Assembly: GCA_964016885.1 (NCBI GenBank)
Contig: OZ024743.1
Location: forward strand, 240,498,001-240,562,000
Direction of reading: 5' to 3'
Length of the DNA: 64,000 bases
Origin: Eledone cirrhosa
Lineage: Eukaryota
The notes beneath the pieces are model-generated. The model saw only the letters and a program-made list of their open reading frames with translations. It ran no database searches and had not been told where the DNA came from. Positions within the stretch are counted from its first letter, which is position 1. Every line of letters starts with the position of its first letter. Positions 13,800-27,299 of the stretch are shown piece by piece. The translations under genes and the position numbers were made by a program.

Positions 13800-14173
13800 T
13801 CACACAAAACCATTGTGATAACACTCTTCTTATTTCAAGGAGGTAAATACCTAATCTGGGACATCACGTGCTGTGACTCATCCTCATCCTTCAACCTTGT
13901 TGTTTGGCTGCAAATAGGGCACGACTCTCTACGATGCAGAGGAGAGCAAGACAACCAAATACGGGGGCTTGATTGCTTCCTTCTTGTGCCAGTTGGAGTC
14001 AAAAGCTCAAGTGTCCTCAGTCCCTGAACTGCTGTTTTCCTCCACAGAATCATGTAGCCTGCCTGAGGAAAGAGCCCCATGATGTGGGGTGGCTGTTGCA
14101 GCAGGTGTCATTAGCTATTTTCTATGACAATGACTTCACCATTATGTCCACTCAACTGGAGTGTAGAGTCTGA
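13800..14173 (+). mobile_element. CRE-like non-LTR retrotransposon, restriction-like endonuclease (RLE) domain remnant
   Basis: GKYLIWDITCCDS...AEESKTTKY...LVPVGVKSSSVLSP...LLQQVSLAIFYDN resembles the CRE RLE pattern GKxLxWDxTxxD...KxxKY...PxxxETxG...QRxSxAIxxGN. Confidence 0.65.
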
Positions 14174-14344
14174 TGTTCGCTCCCACATTTCCCTTTCTTT
14201 CAGTTTAATTTCTTTTTTTGTTTTTCTTCTCTATATTTGTTGGTTTCTTTATTGCCATTTTATATTGTACAGATTATATGAATAAAATATGTTGAATTTA
14301 AAACATCATATTATTCAATCAGATAAATGGCATTGCATAAAGAT

Positions 14345-15318
14345 TGTTTCTAAATGAAGTACAAGGTGAACAACTTGTGAGGAGGGTTGAAAGTTGATTA
14401 TATCTACTACAGCACATTACTGGTACTTTATATTAAGCCTAGAAGGATGAGAGGCAAAGTTGACCTCAATGGGATTTGAACTCAAAATGTAGAGGGCTGT
14501 ACCAAAATACTGCAATCCACTGACCTAATAGTGGTTTCGTATATAGGTGCAAGGCCAGCAATTTTTTGCGGAGAGGGGAAAGTCGATTAAATCGACCCCA
14601 GTGCATGACTGGTACATTATTTTATCGACCCCCGTAAGAATGAAAGGCAAAGTTAACCTCAGCGGGATTTGAACCCACTGACCTAATAATTCAGAGACAA
14701 AGCCAGAAAATTTGAGATAAGAGCAAAGTTGATTAAATCAACTTCGATACTTGACTGGTACTTTATTTTATCGACCCTGGAAAGATGAAAGCTAAAGTTG
14801 ACCTCAGTGTGATTTGAGCTCAGAAAGTGAAGAGGCAGAACAAATACTACGATGGCATTTTATCCAACACATGACCAATTCTGTCAACCAATCAGCCATC
14901 ACTGCCACCATACTAACCATACCATAATACTATAATAGTTGTTTCTACTTTTGGCACAAGGCCAGCAATTACCCAGTACATTACTGGTACTTTATTTTAT
15001 CGACCCCGTAAGGATGAAAGGAAAAGTTAACCTCAACGGGATTTGAAGTCAGACCATAAAGGGCCGTACCTATACTATAATAGTACTATTACATAGTAGT
15101 GCTTTCTGATTTAGGCACAAGGCCAGCAATTTGGGGGCAGGGTAAAGTCGGTTAAATTGACCCCAGTGTGTGACTGGTACTGTATTTTATGGACCCCCGT
15201 AAAGATGAAAGGTAAAGCTAACCTCGGCAGGATTTGAACTCAGAATGTAAAGGGATGTAACTCTATGCCGCAAAGCAGGGAGTCTGACGCTCTACCGATT
15301 CTTCCAAATCCCTGCCCT
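14345..15318 (-). mobile_element. Cluster of about five family-A SINE copies (long and short forms)
   Basis: Five consecutive same-orientation copies, each with ACTGGTAC...ATGARAGG.AAAG.T.ACCTC. Confidence 0.85.
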
Positions 15319-15725
15319 TCCTATTTACATAATAGTAATACTATTTCATAACACTGTTATAGATTTCTGTTGAGAATATATTGAAATGTTCACTAAAGAA
15401 TAGTTGTAGTATGTTATGATAGTACAATGATGTGTTAGTGGTAGTGGGGGAAGGGTTATGGTGATGGTGGTGATGCAGAGGGTGATGGTGGTGATGCAGA
15501 GGGTGATGATGGTGATGCAGAGGGTGATGATGATGATGGTGTGGTGGTAGGGTTGTGCGCTGATGGTGGATGTATTGAAAAGATTTGACATAAAACATAA
15601 TTCAAAAAGATATTACATCTTTAACATGTTTTCTGAATATATACATTTATATATATATATATATATATATATGTGAGTGCGTGTGTGTGTATATACATAC
15701 ATACATACATATGTATATGTGTGTC

Positions 15726-15761
<36 letters not shown>

Positions 15762-15985
15762 CATACAAATACATATATATGCACACACACACACACATAT
15801 ATATATATATTATATACATACATATGTATACTTACACATATATATACACATGTATGTGCATATTCATATATATTAATATAAATATCTAATATATACACAC
15901 ACTTATACATATGCACATTAATTGCTTAAATGGTGGCGGTGGAGTTATGTATATACATACATACATTTATTTTTATATAGGCATA

Positions 15986-16027
<42 letters not shown>

Positions 16028-16679
16028 GGCATAAATATATATATATATATCATCTGAGAAAGAAAAGATGTATAGTGGGAGTGAGAGTGAGAGAGATGTG
16101 CAGAGAGGGAGAAAGAGAGAGACATTGCTAATTGAAACGTAGACACTAGGCATTTTTTGTCGATAGACATATTTTGAAGCAATTATATGTTCGTCAATGA
16201 CATAGATTCCATCTATTCTGCAAGTCTATTTTTCATTTTGAATCTCAAGTAGAAACCCACATAAGAATACAATGGTCCAGAGGTGTTGACCTTATAAAAT
16301 ATTTGACCTTTCTTAATAGTCACTTTGAATTGTCTTGTACGAAGAAGTCTTTGCAACAATCAATGGAAATACGGAACAGAGATAGTGGAATGCTAATGGT
16401 ATAAATGATGACATCATTGTAATGATTTAATCAAGACTCTTCATTTAAGTATTCAGAAATACCAGCTTTACTTCCTCTCCATTGTCTTTCTACTGTTTTG
16501 TGTTCCCAAAATGATATATAGGTACTACTACCCTTTTTGTCAATGCATTGCTTTTACATCCACTTATTGATACTAGCATAGATTGGATGAGACTGTTGGG
16601 GGGCAATTTTACAGCCGGATGCCCTTCCTTATACCAAATGTTTAAGGAATGCAATGCAGAAATACTATGTACTTATTCT

Positions 16680-16920
16680 AGAAACTGGGATAAAGACCAG
16701 TAAAAGATAATAGAAACCTGGAATCCTGGGATACACACAAGAAAAACCTGGGACATGCCAGGAAAACTGTGATACAGACCAGGAAACAAAGGTACAGAGC
16801 AGGAAAAGTGGGATACAAATCAGGAAAATTGAAATACTAATCAGGTAAAAATGGGACACAATCCAGAAAAAAACTGGGACAAAATTACAAAAAATAACTA
16901 GAATACAAACCAGGAAAAGA
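16680..16920. repeat. Degenerate 20-21 bp tandem repeat (CCAGGAAAACTGGGATACAAA-like)
   Basis: About 11 visible imperfect units. Confidence 0.6.
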
Positions 16921-17981
16921 AAAGGATGCATATATATATATATATATATCATCTTCATCATCATCGTTTAACATCCATTTTCCATGCTAGAATGGGTTAG
17001 AAGGGTTTTCCCATTAGAGATAAGTTGCGTTGAGTGATCATGTCTTGCTCATACAGAACTATTTCTGGCTCGGTTTCTACGACTGGATGCCCTTCCTAAT
17101 GCTATTCACATTTACAATGCTTTTTGTCATGACTTCTACATGACCACTTTACAGTGTGATATATATATATATACGAGAAATGTTGCCACTACTTCTTGCA
17201 AGTTGACCGAATACTTACAAGTTTCGTCATTGTTGTTGTTTCGTCATGTTTTGTAATTTTATATAACAATGTTTCAGTTTAAATAACAGCCATTATGTCT
17301 GTTTAAAACATAAAACATTAGGTGTAATTTCTAAACTGAGAAAGGTCGCAGTCTGTTTTCAAACTCCTGACCTTTGACCTTTTGTTGTTTTATAAATTAA
17401 GTGCAAAATATTTCAGTGTATTTTTGTTTTCTCTTTGTTTGTTTGTTTGATTTTGTGTGGAGAAAAGAGGTGTCTATTTATATGACACAAAGAAATATTC
17501 TGTAATACAAACATATCCAACCCAAAGATGATAAACTGGCAGGATCATTGGAGAATAGAAAATAATACCTTGCAGTATTTGTTCCAGTTCTCTGGGTTTT
17601 GAGTTCAAATCCTGCCATGGCCAACTTCATCTTTTATCCTTTAGCAGCCAATAAAATAAAGTACCACTCTAGGACAGAGAATTAGTGGAATTGTTAACAC
17701 ATTACACTAGGGCCCTTGTGATATTTGTTCTGCCTTTGTGTACTCTGTGTTCAAATTCTACTATGGCCTCCCAAAAAGCATTTGAGCCCCACATTGTACA
17801 CACCTATAGTAAAGTAGGGATAGTATTAGATTACATGCTGAGTGAGTGGTTAGCATCCCTTTCTCATAGAAAAACTGATATGCTACTGAAGCAGTAAAGG
17901 GATGGCCAACTCAGTACAGAACAGGGAAATGATAATGTATGTATGGACTTGTGATATCTATGTATAAACCTGTAACTCCTG

Positions 17982-18450
17982 ATGGAATCATAGAAGCACT
18001 GTCATAACATATGGCATGTCTTGGGCATTTTATACTTGGCGAATACCATCAGCTATCCACGTCTGAACATAGCCAATTTCTTCCAGAGAAAAAGTGTGTG
18101 ATAGAGGGGAAGTAAGAAAAAGATATAGAGGAAGAATCGACCCTAGTACTGAGCTGGTACTTTTTCTTCTTTATTTTCTTTTGAAATAGTAATACTTGAT
18201 GGAGTCATAGGTGGGCCATAGTGGCATATGCTATTCCTTGGACATTTTTAAAACTTGGTAAAATCTATCCCATCCCCAGGTCTGAACACAGCCTATTTCT
18301 TCCAGAGAAGGAGAGAGAAAGAGTGTATGATAGAGGGAAAGTGAGAAAAAGATATAGAGGAAGAATTGACCCCAGCACTGGCCTGGTACATATCTTTTTT
18401 ATCAATCTTAAAGGGATGAAAAGCAAGGATGACCTCAGCAGATTTTGAAC
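17982..18450. repeat. Old tandem duplication of about 215 bp ending in SINE-A remnants
   Basis: GTCTGAACA.AGCC.ATTTCTTCCAGAGAA...AGAAAAAGATATAGAGGAAGAAT.GACCC occurs at about 18061-18143 and 18280-18373. Confidence 0.7.
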
Positions 18451-19460
18451 TAGAACTTTCTAAAGACTAAGACAATTCACTGCCTATAAAATAATAATAG
18501 CAAAATAAATAAGAGTAAAGTTGTAAGGTGTGTGGACATGTTGATGATGAGGATGACAATGATTATGATGATAATGCTGGTGTTGATGATGGTGATGTTG
18601 AAAAGGAGAAGGATGAGGACAATGTTGGTGGTGATGATAAAAGTCAACATCCTCTTTTATAATGAGCATGATGTTAATGATGTCCATAATAAAAACGATA
18701 ACAAAAGAATAGTACAGTCTATGATGATGATGATGATGCTATTGGCTTGTGTTTTAGCAAATGAAAAATTATGAAACAGTAGACACAAACAGATAAAAAA
18801 ATACAAGAAAAATAAGGTTATAAAATGGTGTGGTGTGGTGTAGTGTGGTGTAATGAGAAGTGAGAAATGGAACTAATTATGTGTGTTAAATTAGGACAAT
18901 ATTTCGTTAAGGAAAAAACTACAACAACAACTACTACTACTACTACTACTAGCATTGCTACAACAAAATGAATATGAAAATGTATAAAACAAAGAATTAT
19001 GGAAACTTTGAAATAGAAAAAAACACACCCATAACATATATAAAAAGGGCGCGCCCACTTATTTCCAGAGATGAAAAATATAGTAATAGCACTAACAATG
19101 AACTACTACTGATATTACTACTACTACTACAGCTACAATTCTGATCTCAAATAAAATTACTAGACAATCGTGATGTCCAACATTATTGGTGTTAATGGTG
19201 TTGTAGTTGTTGTTGTGCAGGTGGTTATTGATGACAAGGATGACACTGACAGTACATGACTGAAATATTAGTATTATGATTACCAATTATTCTTCAAATG
19301 TTAGCAGACAATGTAAATTCCTACAACATGGAATCTTCCAAATTTCAAACAAAGACTACTCTCATCACTTGTAGAACAATGAACAATATAGGGGATGATC
19401 TTTTTACAACTACAGCAATCTAGGAAAAGTATTGACTCACATCCCATATGTATATATATA

Positions 19461-19782
19461 TGGGTAAAGGGTAAAGAACCCCTTTGGTCCCGAATAACCA
19501 TGGCATTTGCACTTAGAAAAGTCCCCTCCGAAGCACAAGTCCGGGCAAGGTTGTATGTGAAAGACCTGCAGTCACCCATGCATACTATTCGCCCCTCTCC
19601 ATGCCACCGCTGTTAAAGGCAAGGGCCAATACAGCTTGGCACCAGTGACATCGCAATTAAATTCTACATGTGAAATAAAGTGTCTTGCTCAAGAATACAA
19701 TGCAAAGCCTGGTCTGAGAATTGAATTCACAACGTCGCGATTGTAAGCCCAACACTCTAACCAGTAAGCCAGTCACCTTCAT
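19461..19782 (-). mobile_element. tRNA/CORE-type SINE with a different 3' tail
   Basis: Head and CORE-like segment (CTTGAGCAAGACACTTTATTTCACA) are shared with 5845-6187. The tail is unrelated and ends ...TTCTTTACCCTTTACCC. Confidence 0.75.
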
Positions 19783-19851
19783 GTGTGTGTGAGTGTGTGT
19801 GTGCGTGTGTGTGTGTGCATGTGTGCGTGCGTGTGTGAGTGTGTGTGTGTG

Positions 19852-20035
19852 TAAAAAGTAAACAGAAATAACAAAGCAACAACACAGTACAATGAAGAAA
19901 TATATTAATTTAATGCTTGAAATAGTAGAAATAAAGTCTTCAGACACTAGTTCTTCACCAGAAGATAGAATGAGAAATAAAAGAAGAAATAGAAAGATAG
20001 AGAGTAAGAAGAGGAAGGGATGGGAAAATATTGAT
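19852..20035 (-). mobile_element. Degenerate copy of family H1 (hammerhead core broken)
   Basis: Aligns to 30330-30520. The core reads CTGGTGA and the GAAACGTT segment is deleted. Confidence 0.65.
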
Positions 20036-21070
20036 TGAGAAAAAAACACACATGTGTATTCAGTCAACCATTTTGGAGAGAGGTGTGTGTGCATGCATGC
20101 ATAGTGTGTGTGTGTATATATATACACATACACAAGAGAAACACATGGATACAATAATACAAAATCTTATTAGTTTCACTCTTGAGAAAAAGGAAAATAA
20201 AGGTTTCAATATATTGAACATTAGTCATTCATCAGGAAGAAGCAAAGTTCAGAGAGAGGGGGGCCTCAAGTTCGGAGCAAAAAAAAAAGTGTTTTTTATC
20301 AGGATGGGTGAGGTGGGCAGGCAAGTGGTCTGGTGTGATAGGGTGGGGACTGAGAGTCCGAGTCTATTATTGGTACTGTTATGTGTGTACATACAGAGTG
20401 CATTGTGGGGGTGTGTGTCATTAATGTTATTTCCCTCTTTGTGTGTGTGTGTGTTATATGTATCATCAATGGAAATGTTCATGTGGATATGAATGTGTTT
20501 ATGGATGTTTGTGGGATTATATATATATATATATATAACGACACACATATATATGCTATTTTTCGCATGATTTACACTAACTGAATTACTTTGCCAAAAT
20601 ATGGGGTTATTCCCCTTGTGATTTCCACACGTGGTTTAACTTACCACCGTCATTCACTTATTTGGTATAGAGCAAAATACCTGTTGATAACGTGATATTC
20701 CTTGTTCGATCGTTATACCCTAAGCTTATATTTTTAAGCAGACTGTATTTTGATTTAGGTGTCACAGAAACTCTACATCAGATTTTAACAGCAATTCCGG
20801 GAGTCCAGGTCTGGTTATCATTTATTTTTTATCATTTATTTTATTTTGACCTGTTTAGCTTGATTTGGTTTTTGGCTTGGGTGGTTAATGCCTTCTTGAC
20901 CACCTTTTCAGTTTTGTATGGCTTCTTAACACATTGTTTAGCTCTGGTTTTTAACTATTGCGCACTTTGCCAGTATCATTTCTGATTTTTGCGTTTCGCT
21001 TCGCTTTTCCTGCCCGCCGAAATGAGATTCTCTCTGAATCTTTATTTGTATATATATATATATATATATA

Positions 21071-21372
21071 TCATCATCATCATCACGTTTTATGTCTGTT
21101 CTTCCATGCTAGCATGGGCTAGGCGGGTTGTCCTGTTGTGGGCAGTGTCCGGTTGGCTGACCTTGTCTTGCTCATACGAGAACTGATTCTGGCTTGATTT
21201 CTACAGCTGGATGCCCTTCCTAACACCAACCTCATTTACAGTGAGTGCTGGGTGCTTTTTCCGTGGCGCCTACATGCCCACTTTACAGTGTGGATGGGTG
21301 CTTTTTTGTTGTGGCACCTCCACGACCACTTTGCTGTGGGAGGGGGTGGGGGCATATTGTCTATATGCTTCA
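21071..21372 (-). mobile_element. 5'-truncated 3' UTR of the RTE subfamily at 34196-36300
   Basis: Reverse complement matches 35994-36300 from TGAAGCATAT to the (GAT)n tail. Confidence 0.85.
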
Positions 21373-21486
21373 GTTAATAATAATAATTGTTTCTACTTTT
21401 GGCACAAGGCCAGCAATTATTACAGTGCATTACTGGTACTTTATTTTATCGACCCCGTAAGGATGAAAGGCAAAGTTAACCTCGGT

Positions 21487-21745
21487 TAATTACAACAGTT
21501 ACATAAACAAGTACTCAAGTTTCGTTGTGTTCTGAGTCCAATTCATTCAGCCTGTCATGAGAAAAATGAAAAACAAAGACTTTGTTTTTCATTTTTCTCA
21601 TGACAGGCTGAAGAAATTGGGGCCCAGAACCCAACGAAACTTGAGTACCTGTTTATGTCATTGTTGTAATTATTTATACTAAACTCATCCTATGGACTGA
21701 GTGCTCTTACTCTTGGATATTTCCACTTAACTTTTACTTCAGTAT
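21487..21745 (+). mobile_element. Fold-back PLE-end relic (family H3): 186-bp imperfect palindrome plus about 70-bp tail into (TA)n
   Basis: Arms 21487-21578 and 21580-21672, inner about 33 bp perfect. Each arm contains a hammerhead motif. Confidence 0.75.
21603..21652 (+). ncRNA. Type I hammerhead ribozyme (H3)
   Basis: ACAGG-CTGAAGA-AA-TTGGG(gcccagaa)CCCAA-C-GAAAC-ttga-GTA-CCTGT. Stem I ACAGG/CCTGT, stem II TTGGG/CCCAA with an A-C mismatch at its base, stem III AC/GT, GUA cleavage triplet. Confidence 0.75.
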
Positions 21746-22742
21746 ATATATATATGTATGCATATATATATATGACAAAAGTGCACCTCACTTTAAAGTT
21801 GTCATGATGACAACATGGCAAAAAGGCGCGCAGTCCACACTATCAAGTGGTCATGTAGCTATCACAGCAAAAAGCATTCAGCACTCACTACAAATGAGAT
21901 TGGAGCTAGGAAGGGCATCCAGCTGTAAAAACCAAACCAAAATCGTTTCCATATGAGCAAGCCATGGTCACCTATCCTGACATTGCTCACAAGATAACTC
22001 GTCTAACCCATGCAAGCATTAAAAAAAATGACATTAAACAGAGATGATGATTATGATAGATATATGTGTGAGTATGTATATATATAAGTAACCAGGATTT
22101 TAAAAAAACATTCCACTGAAGTTAACAAAGGACTTATTAGATCTACATTGCAATATAGTTAAATTATATAATTGAATTGTTATAGAATACCAACTACAAG
22201 TGAAGTCATTCTTTTCCTTTTTTCAAATATACCTTACTCTAAGTGATGAGTCTTGTTGGTCTGGAAGTTCACCTGTGTACTCGTAGGATAATTAGATAAG
22301 ACAGGCTGTTCAGTGACAAAAGAGACAGTATAATTAGAGGGTGACCCAAGGAGAGTGAGGTGCATGCGTGTTTCAAATAGGATGAGTATGTGAAGAGGGT
22401 GGCTTTTCGGGGGGAGGGTGGACAGTACTTGAGAGGATAAGAGGGAGGTGACAAAAATTTAAAATAAAGTGAGAGTCAAGTGGGGAGGAGGGATAAAAAC
22501 AAAAGGATTAGAGAGAATGCAGCGTAAGTCATGTGGGGCTGTGGGGAGAGGAAAAGAGAGGCAGTGAGAGGAAGAAGAAAAGAAAAAGGAAAAAAGTGGC
22601 AGGGAAAGAGAAAGAAAAGAGGGAAAAGGGAAAAAAGTGGGGAGAAGAGAGGAAAGGAATGGAAGAATCTAGAAAAAAGATATGAGGGAGTGCTGACAAA
22701 AAGAGCACCACCAGATATAATGTGAATAAAATATTTTTATAT

Positions 22743-22970
22743 TTAACCCTTTAATGTTCAAACCGGCCAAAACCAGCCAGAATTCTCTACCTTTTTCTGT
22801 TGAAGCTGGCTGTAACTGGTCGCTCAAACTGATGTTAAGGTATTGTTCTCAAAATAAATACTTTCAAAATCTCATAGATTTGATATTATGTGAGATAATT
22901 ATGTTAGGTAAAGCCTTTACCATGAAAATACAATAGTATATATAGAGTAATGTAAATGCTAAAGGGTTAA
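22743..22970 (+). mobile_element. piggyBac-type MITE, copy 2
   Basis: TTAA-CCCTTTA...TAAAGGG-TTAA. The body is homologous to 1938-2153. Confidence 0.8.
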
Positions 22971-23759
22971 GGAAGGTCATGTTGTCCTAATATTGGCAAA
23001 AAATAGTAAAACACACTCACTGTTTGGTTTGTTTTTTTTACTTCAGTATATTTTTATATATTTATAAATAATTTAGCTGGTAATCAATGTTTATCATTGA
23101 TTGAACAACAGTTAAAATTAAAAATACATTCAGCTGAAAAAGATAGGTTAATTGAAGGTATTTTTTATGATGGTATATAAGATGATGACGATGACAATGA
23201 TTAGTAGGTGGTGATGAATAAATAATAAAACAGGTGAGTGAATGTCATTTAATAGGAGAAAGCTAAAAAAACTTCTGGTGGATAGATGCTGCTTTGGCAG
23301 TGATGGTGTTTAGGATGATGATAATGGTAATAAATAGATGATGATAATGGTAATAAATAGATGATGATAAAGAAAAGAAATAAAATTAAATTGAAATGAA
23401 GAATTAAATTAATCTAAGTGGGTAAGGAAATATATATCATTTAATAGAAAATAAATGAAATAAAATTAAGATGTGGTGTATGGTCGTCAGCTAATGAATA
23501 TATAGTGAATAGATGACTGAGAGTGGTAGTACTTAGGAGGAGGATGATAAGAAAACTGAAGATGGTATTGTATATAATATGATAAAGATGAAATGAGTGG
23601 ATGTCAGTTAATAAATTAGTAATATTAGCAAAAGGTACTTCTAGTAAAAGATTGCTCTTTATAATGGATACTGAATAGAGGAGGTAACAGAGAGAGGGAG
23701 AGCGAGAAAAAGGGAGATTATGAGTGGGGTGGGGGATGAGAGCAAGAAGAGGGGAGAAC

Positions 23760-23990
23760 ATGGAAGAGCCAAACTCCCTCTGTCATCGCCTCCATCTCTC
23801 TCACCCTCCCCATCTCTCTGTAATATGGGAAAATGGGGTCCCATGTGCTGGCTGCCCCACAGCCCCGGCAGACAGAATGGAGAAGGCATTTCCCTAGAGG
23901 ATGGTAAGAGAGATGCACTGGAAGAGCCATTATGTCTCGTGAGGTTCACACATGTGGCTGGTCAGCTCAGTGCCTATAGTGGTAAGTAGG
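23760..23990 (-). mobile_element. Possible LINE C-terminal zinc-knuckle remnant (I/Nimb-like)
   Basis: GC-richer island translating as ...HSVCRGCGAASTWDPIFPY, a decayed CX2CX7HX4C pattern. Weak. Confidence 0.3.
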
Positions 23991-24027
23991 GAGCTAGCCC
24001 TAGTAAATATGGTAATGATAAGAAACA

Positions 24028-24115
<88 letters not shown>

Positions 24116-25019
24116 TACTTAAGCTTCTATGTGGTTGCTCAACTAGCTAGAATTAGCAGCCAGATCTCCCTTAAACAACATGCTACTATATTAGAAGAAA
24201 ACATGTTGGGTAATGTATGCCTCTGTTTCCTGCACATAGGAAAACAAAGCAGGATGGTCATAGACAGAATACTTTTGATTATGAGACTTTCTCAACCTGA
24301 GATAACCTGAGGCTTAATGGCAACATAATAATAATCCTTTCTAACAAAGATGCAAGGTCAAGAGGGGTTGGACAATTAAATCAACTCCAATATTTCACTG
24401 CTACTTTATTTTATTGACCTTCACAGACGTTGAACTTGAAATGTAAAGAACCATCATAACTAAATATCAGAGGATATTTTGTCTATTGCTCTGCCAACCC
24501 AATTTCCAAAAATATATTAAACACAACACCCAATAAAATAACATAACTCACATTCCACACACACCCTACACCACCAAACAAAGACTAAAATAACACAACT
24601 CTCATTACACATCCCATACACAACAGAACAAATACTACCATAAGCCAAGAAACTAGAAGCTAAACCTCATAACACTGCAATATTGATGCAGTACATCAAG
24701 AGGATGTGTCTCTTATCCAAACTCTAACAAAAGTAAGAACATGGTGTGGCACATACCTCAGGAATATGGAAGTTTATCAGATGATGCAGGAGAAATTCAC
24801 TTAAAACTACCAAAGAAATAATAATAATAATTGTTTCTACTTTAGGCATAATGCCAGCAATTTGAAGGGGAGGAGAAAGTCCATTAAATTGACCCCAGGT
24901 CATTACTGGTGCTTTATTTTATCAACCCCATAAGGATGAAAGGTAAAGTTAATGTCGGCAGGATTAATAATAATAACAATAACTATCAGTGTTTGAGAAC
25001 TCTGCCTCCACGACCCTCT

Positions 25020-25320
25020 CAGGAACAAGTGGGCAAAGAAGAACAACTATCTAAATACAAGGACCATGAGATTGAGATATCTAGGATGTAATTAGAAACC
25101 ACAATTATCCCTGTTGTGGGAGCCTTGGGAATGATCAAGAAAGGTACAGACCAATTCTTTGACCAGATCCCAGGGAAACCAATAATCTATGAGGTTCAAA
25201 TATTTATGTTGACCTCAACTGCTCAGCATCTCTTTAATGTATATGTGCCTTAGGTCTCTGGTTGAGACCCAGCTGGAAGATGAAATAAAATGGAAATTGA
25301 ACAAAAAAAAAATAATAATA
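25020..25320 (+). mobile_element. R4/Dong-like LINE 3' end (RLE domain) fragment
   Basis: KEEQLSKYKDHEIEISRM, then PVVGALGMIKKG...IPGKPIIYEVQ. Ends in A-rich/(TAA)n. Homologous to 26251-26544. Confidence 0.7.
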
Positions 25321-26250
25321 ATGTTGATAATGATAATTATATCTATAATAGTAACAGTCTAAAATAAGTATAAATGTTCCATTTAACAATCATCAGAATG
25401 TTTAACGAACTGGAACTAGAAATCATGTGAGAAAAAGTATGCCTGCATCATTGATTTGACTTAACTTTCAGAGCTCTGGCAGAGTTCCCAAAATGCTGAA
25501 TGGTTTGATCAGTGCTATGTATTTTCATTTCAGATGATCCTGTTTACTAAAACTGACAAATCTTTGCTTCCCTATTCACTTTTTTGTTGATGATCTATTG
25601 TTTTCCTATTGGTTGTGTATCTACTAAATTTAAACTGTTTATTGTTTTCATTATGTTATTGCATCAGTTTTATTTAGTTATGGGGTTAGCTTGTTGTTTC
25701 TTGTGTTATTTTAGTGTTTGATCTGTTGTGTATGGTGTGTGGAATTTGAGTTATATTATTTTCTTGGATATTAATCTTGTAGAGTATATTTTGTGTGAGT
25801 TATGTTATTTTATTTTATTAGGTGCTTATTGTAATAGGGTGTGAGTTGTGAGTGATGATTTTACATCAATCAGTCTTTCTCTAGTTGCTTTTAAATGTTT
25901 TTCCAGACCAACAGTTGTTATTTTCTAAATAGTTTTCTATTTATTATTATCATTATTTTCCTTTGATTTCACTTTTTATGCTATGACTACTGAGTATCAA
26001 TGAGATACTTAGAGCAGGCAGTGTTGGTTTGACAGTTTTCAATAGCTAGTTTTTGTTTTGTTGTTGTCTTCATATTCACTTAACAAGTCACATCACAAAA
26101 GTTGATAGGTAAATAAGTTTTAAAAAAAGAGAGAGAAAATATAAAATGGTAGAAGTAGGAGATAAAAAGAAGTATTAAGGAGTATAAAAGAAATAAATTA
26201 ATTTTGCCTTAAGGATATTTGAATGGTATTAAATATTGATTAAAGTTGCT

Positions 26251-27000
26251 CTAATAGTTAAACAGAAAATATTGTGTTGACAATATTACAAAGACAATTT
26301 TACAAAGTACGTAGGCAGTACTTGTTAGAACTATCTTTTGGATTTCATAGATGCTAGATTTACCAAGTATGTTTTCTAGATACTTTTGAACACCATTCTT
26401 TATGACACCTAGAGCTCCTATCACTACCAGAATAGTTTGTGTTTTAAGGTGCCACATTCTGTTTATCTCAATTTCTAGATCTTTATATTTTGCAAGTTTT
26501 TTATAGTCTTTTGCTGACACGTTTCTATCAGGCGATACAGTCATATCAATGAATAAGCAGGTCTTGTTTTTTTTAAATCTTTAATATCAGGGTGGTTTGC
26601 ATTTAATATTGTGATCTGTATGGATGTTAAAGTCCCAAAGACTGCTTCAGTTTCAGTTGCTGGTTGTGGTTTGTGTTCATATCAGTTTTCTGTATGTTCC
26701 ACACTGTATTTTTTGCATATTATCTAGTGGATACATTGCTCCATCCTATCATGTCATCTTATATTCAGTTGGTGCTAGTGTGGGACATCCTGATATTATA
26801 TGGTCAATTGTTTCAAGGTGTACGTTACACATCCTACATTTGGAGTCTGTCCATTTCTGAGAATATTTGCCTGATAATTCCTTAGTAAAAAGGCTCTGGT
26901 CCTGGGCAGCAACAATAAAGACTTCTGTTTCAGCTTTTAATCCTGAACATTGTAGCCACTGATAGGCTTGGGCTTGATCTACATCAGCATTTTGGAGGTA
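26251..27000 (-). mobile_element. R4/Dong-like LINE fragment (CCHC plus RLE domain)
   Basis: CRMCNVHLETIDHIISGCPTLAPTEY (CCHC), then DMTVSPDRNVSAKDYKKLAKYKDLEIEINRMWHLKTQTILVVIGALG. Confidence 0.85.
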
Positions 27001-27220
27001 CTGAGTGAATTTTTTTGTGGCATCAGTACTAACCCTTTACAATGTACATCAGGTGTATTTTTTCATGGGTTCAGCCCAAAAGAGGTTGTCAAATGCTTGT
27101 CATGACTGAATAGTCCTCTCAAAGCCTAGATTGCTTCGAGTTCTTTCATATGATAAAAAAAATCCTATAATTGAAACAAATAAAAAACAAAAAACAAAAC
27201 AAAGGCAGTTTACTACTCAC

Positions 27221-27299
27221 CGAATAGAAGAAACAAAACCCAAAAAGGGGTGTTAAGAAGCCAGCATGTTGTGAAATCATTGGAAAACCACGCCAACAT
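27221..27299 (-). CDS. Candidate first coding exon of a host secreted or membrane protein (signal-peptide-like MLAWFSNDFTTCWLLNTPFWVLFLLF); exon spans 27221-27329
   Basis: Minus strand has acceptor TTTTCTTGTGTTTTAG|CATCC, an in-frame TGA 9 nt before the ATG at 27299, 26 codons plus 1 nt with a hydrophobic end, and donor TTCG|GTGAGT (phase 1). The sequence is not repeated in the window. No further exon was identified. Confidence 0.6.

Noticed and set aside
20170-20240. Minus-strand CTGATGA...GAAAC
   Set aside because: No convincing stem I or cleavage triplet. At best a very decayed remnant.
23720-23989. Plus-strand exon ending at AGTG|GTAAGT
   Set aside because: No acceptor (the upstream sequence is purine-rich), and the minus strand looks more like a LINE remnant.
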